Of a DNA stretch of 64,000 nucleotides, positions 62,992 through 64,000 are shown piece after piece. Position 1 is the first letter of the stretch. Each line of letters begins with the position of its first letter. Source of the DNA: Selaginella moellendorffii (Eukaryota > Plantae > Lycopodiophyta); the NCBI RefSeq assembly GCF_000143415.4, contig NW_003314284.1, forward strand, positions 372,001 to 436,000. Reading direction: 5' to 3'. The translations under genes and the position numbers were made by a program. Below the pieces are notes generated by a model that saw only the letters and a list, made by a program, of their open reading frames with translations, had not been told where the DNA came from and made no database searches.

Positions 62992-63248
62992 CAGAACAAA
63001 CGAAAAGATAACAAGCGTAGTAGTGTTTTTAACTGAAGTTTTCCATTTATTAGTATCGTTATATGTGTGGTTATCCTTTCTTTCCAAAGGAGTGATCAAT
63101 TTGGTATGGAACCTGATTCTCATGCCGCCACTGGAGCGAGGGTGGATCTCCGTGAAGACCAGTGCATCCGGTAGCTGGAAGAAAGTTTAGAGTACTGGAT
63201 CCTTTACCTCAAAACATTGTCTTTTATTCCAGCATTTCGACCATTGTG

Positions 63249-64000
63249 TTAGAGCAAGCCTTTCTCTTGCAGGCTAGTGACCGTGTCCACCAGCGTCTTC
63301 TCGTAGGGGATGAACTCCTTGACGAGGGACAGAATCTTCTTGTTCGAAATCTTCTCGAATGAGTTACCTTCAGTGATCTCACCTTCACACCTGCAAAATA
63401 GAAAGAAAAAAAAAGTGTTTTTGATCACGCAAGGACGGCCTACTTGTGGGGGTATTGGTACTGGGGGAACTTCTCCTTGAGAGTCTCAATGATTTCCTTG
63501 CAAAGCTTGGAGCACGCAATACAGTAGTAGCGGCCAGAGGCGTTGGGATCCTCGTAGCCGGCAATGTGCGCCTCGGCAACATCTCGCACGTCAACGAGTG
63601 AATAGTATGTGTTGGGGTAGCTACTTTGCGAGCCTGAACAAAGCTTAAAAGAGAAAAGAAGAAAAAATTGTACCATTCATCAGATTTGCGACGAGTGCAG
63701 CGCTGGTGTTGATCTTGGATTGCAAGATGGGGCCTAGTACGAAAACTGGACAGATCACAACAACATGGATCCCAAACTCGTCCCCAAGTTTGCAAACGAG
63801 CTTCTCGGACTCGGTTTTAGCAAGCATGTACCAGTTCTGGAAGAAAAATAGTGACAAGTTTAGGAAAGAATCGTTATCTCTTCCTTTTACCTTGCTCTTT
63901 CGGCAGAATTCAGGATCAGACCAGCAGCTCTCATCGATTATATGATCCGGCGGACGGTTTGGATCGAAAAGTATGGCAGCTCCAGAGGAGGTGAACACAA
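63249..64000 (-). CDS. CCR-like SDR, copy 6 (5' part lies beyond the window)
   Basis: [33 protein letters not shown]2orf69 remnant lies at ~63130-63190. Confidence 0.83.

Noticed and set aside
42864-64000. Calling the array bona fide lignin CCR genes
   Set aside because: The NWYCYGK signature and the conserved His are absent, so they are kept as CCR-like.

Overview
Eukaryotic, gene-dense land-plant nuclear DNA. Most introns are very short (about 45-150 nt), intergenic gaps are tiny, and the PLS-type PPR genes are built from runs of 31-aa repeats. Together these suggest the lycophyte Selaginella (inference). Left part: a ~162-bp tandem repeat; a decayed PIF/Harbinger transposase; two head-to-head PLS-E PPR genes; and a tandemly duplicated block (divergent intronless alpha-SNAP-like gene + CAD1-clade dehydrogenase) whose second copy has a ~4.9-kb deletion. 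Middle part: MYB98/FGMYB-like R2R3-MYB; GDSL lipase; COA3-like protein; a NIP-II (boric-acid-type) aquaporin with an AUG-UAA minimal uORF upstream; DDX10/RH32 helicase; PP2A-A; SYP61; a 10-Cys hevein-like peptide; SAMDC with its conserved uORF; transportin MOS14; and a C2orf69-like gene. Right part: an array of six CCR-like reductases (one truncated, one cut by the window edge) interleaved with C2orf69 fragments, plus a complete but mutated Ty3/gypsy element with 175-bp LTRs. Best leads: (1) a candidate boron-sensing AUG-stop leader on a lycophyte NIP; (2) a -1 frameshift signal with an H-type pseudoknot in the retrotransposon; (3) a hevein peptide with fungal-like cysteine spacing; (4) CCR-like and CAD paralogs diverging at likely pocket positions. 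All exon models and alignments were made by eye.
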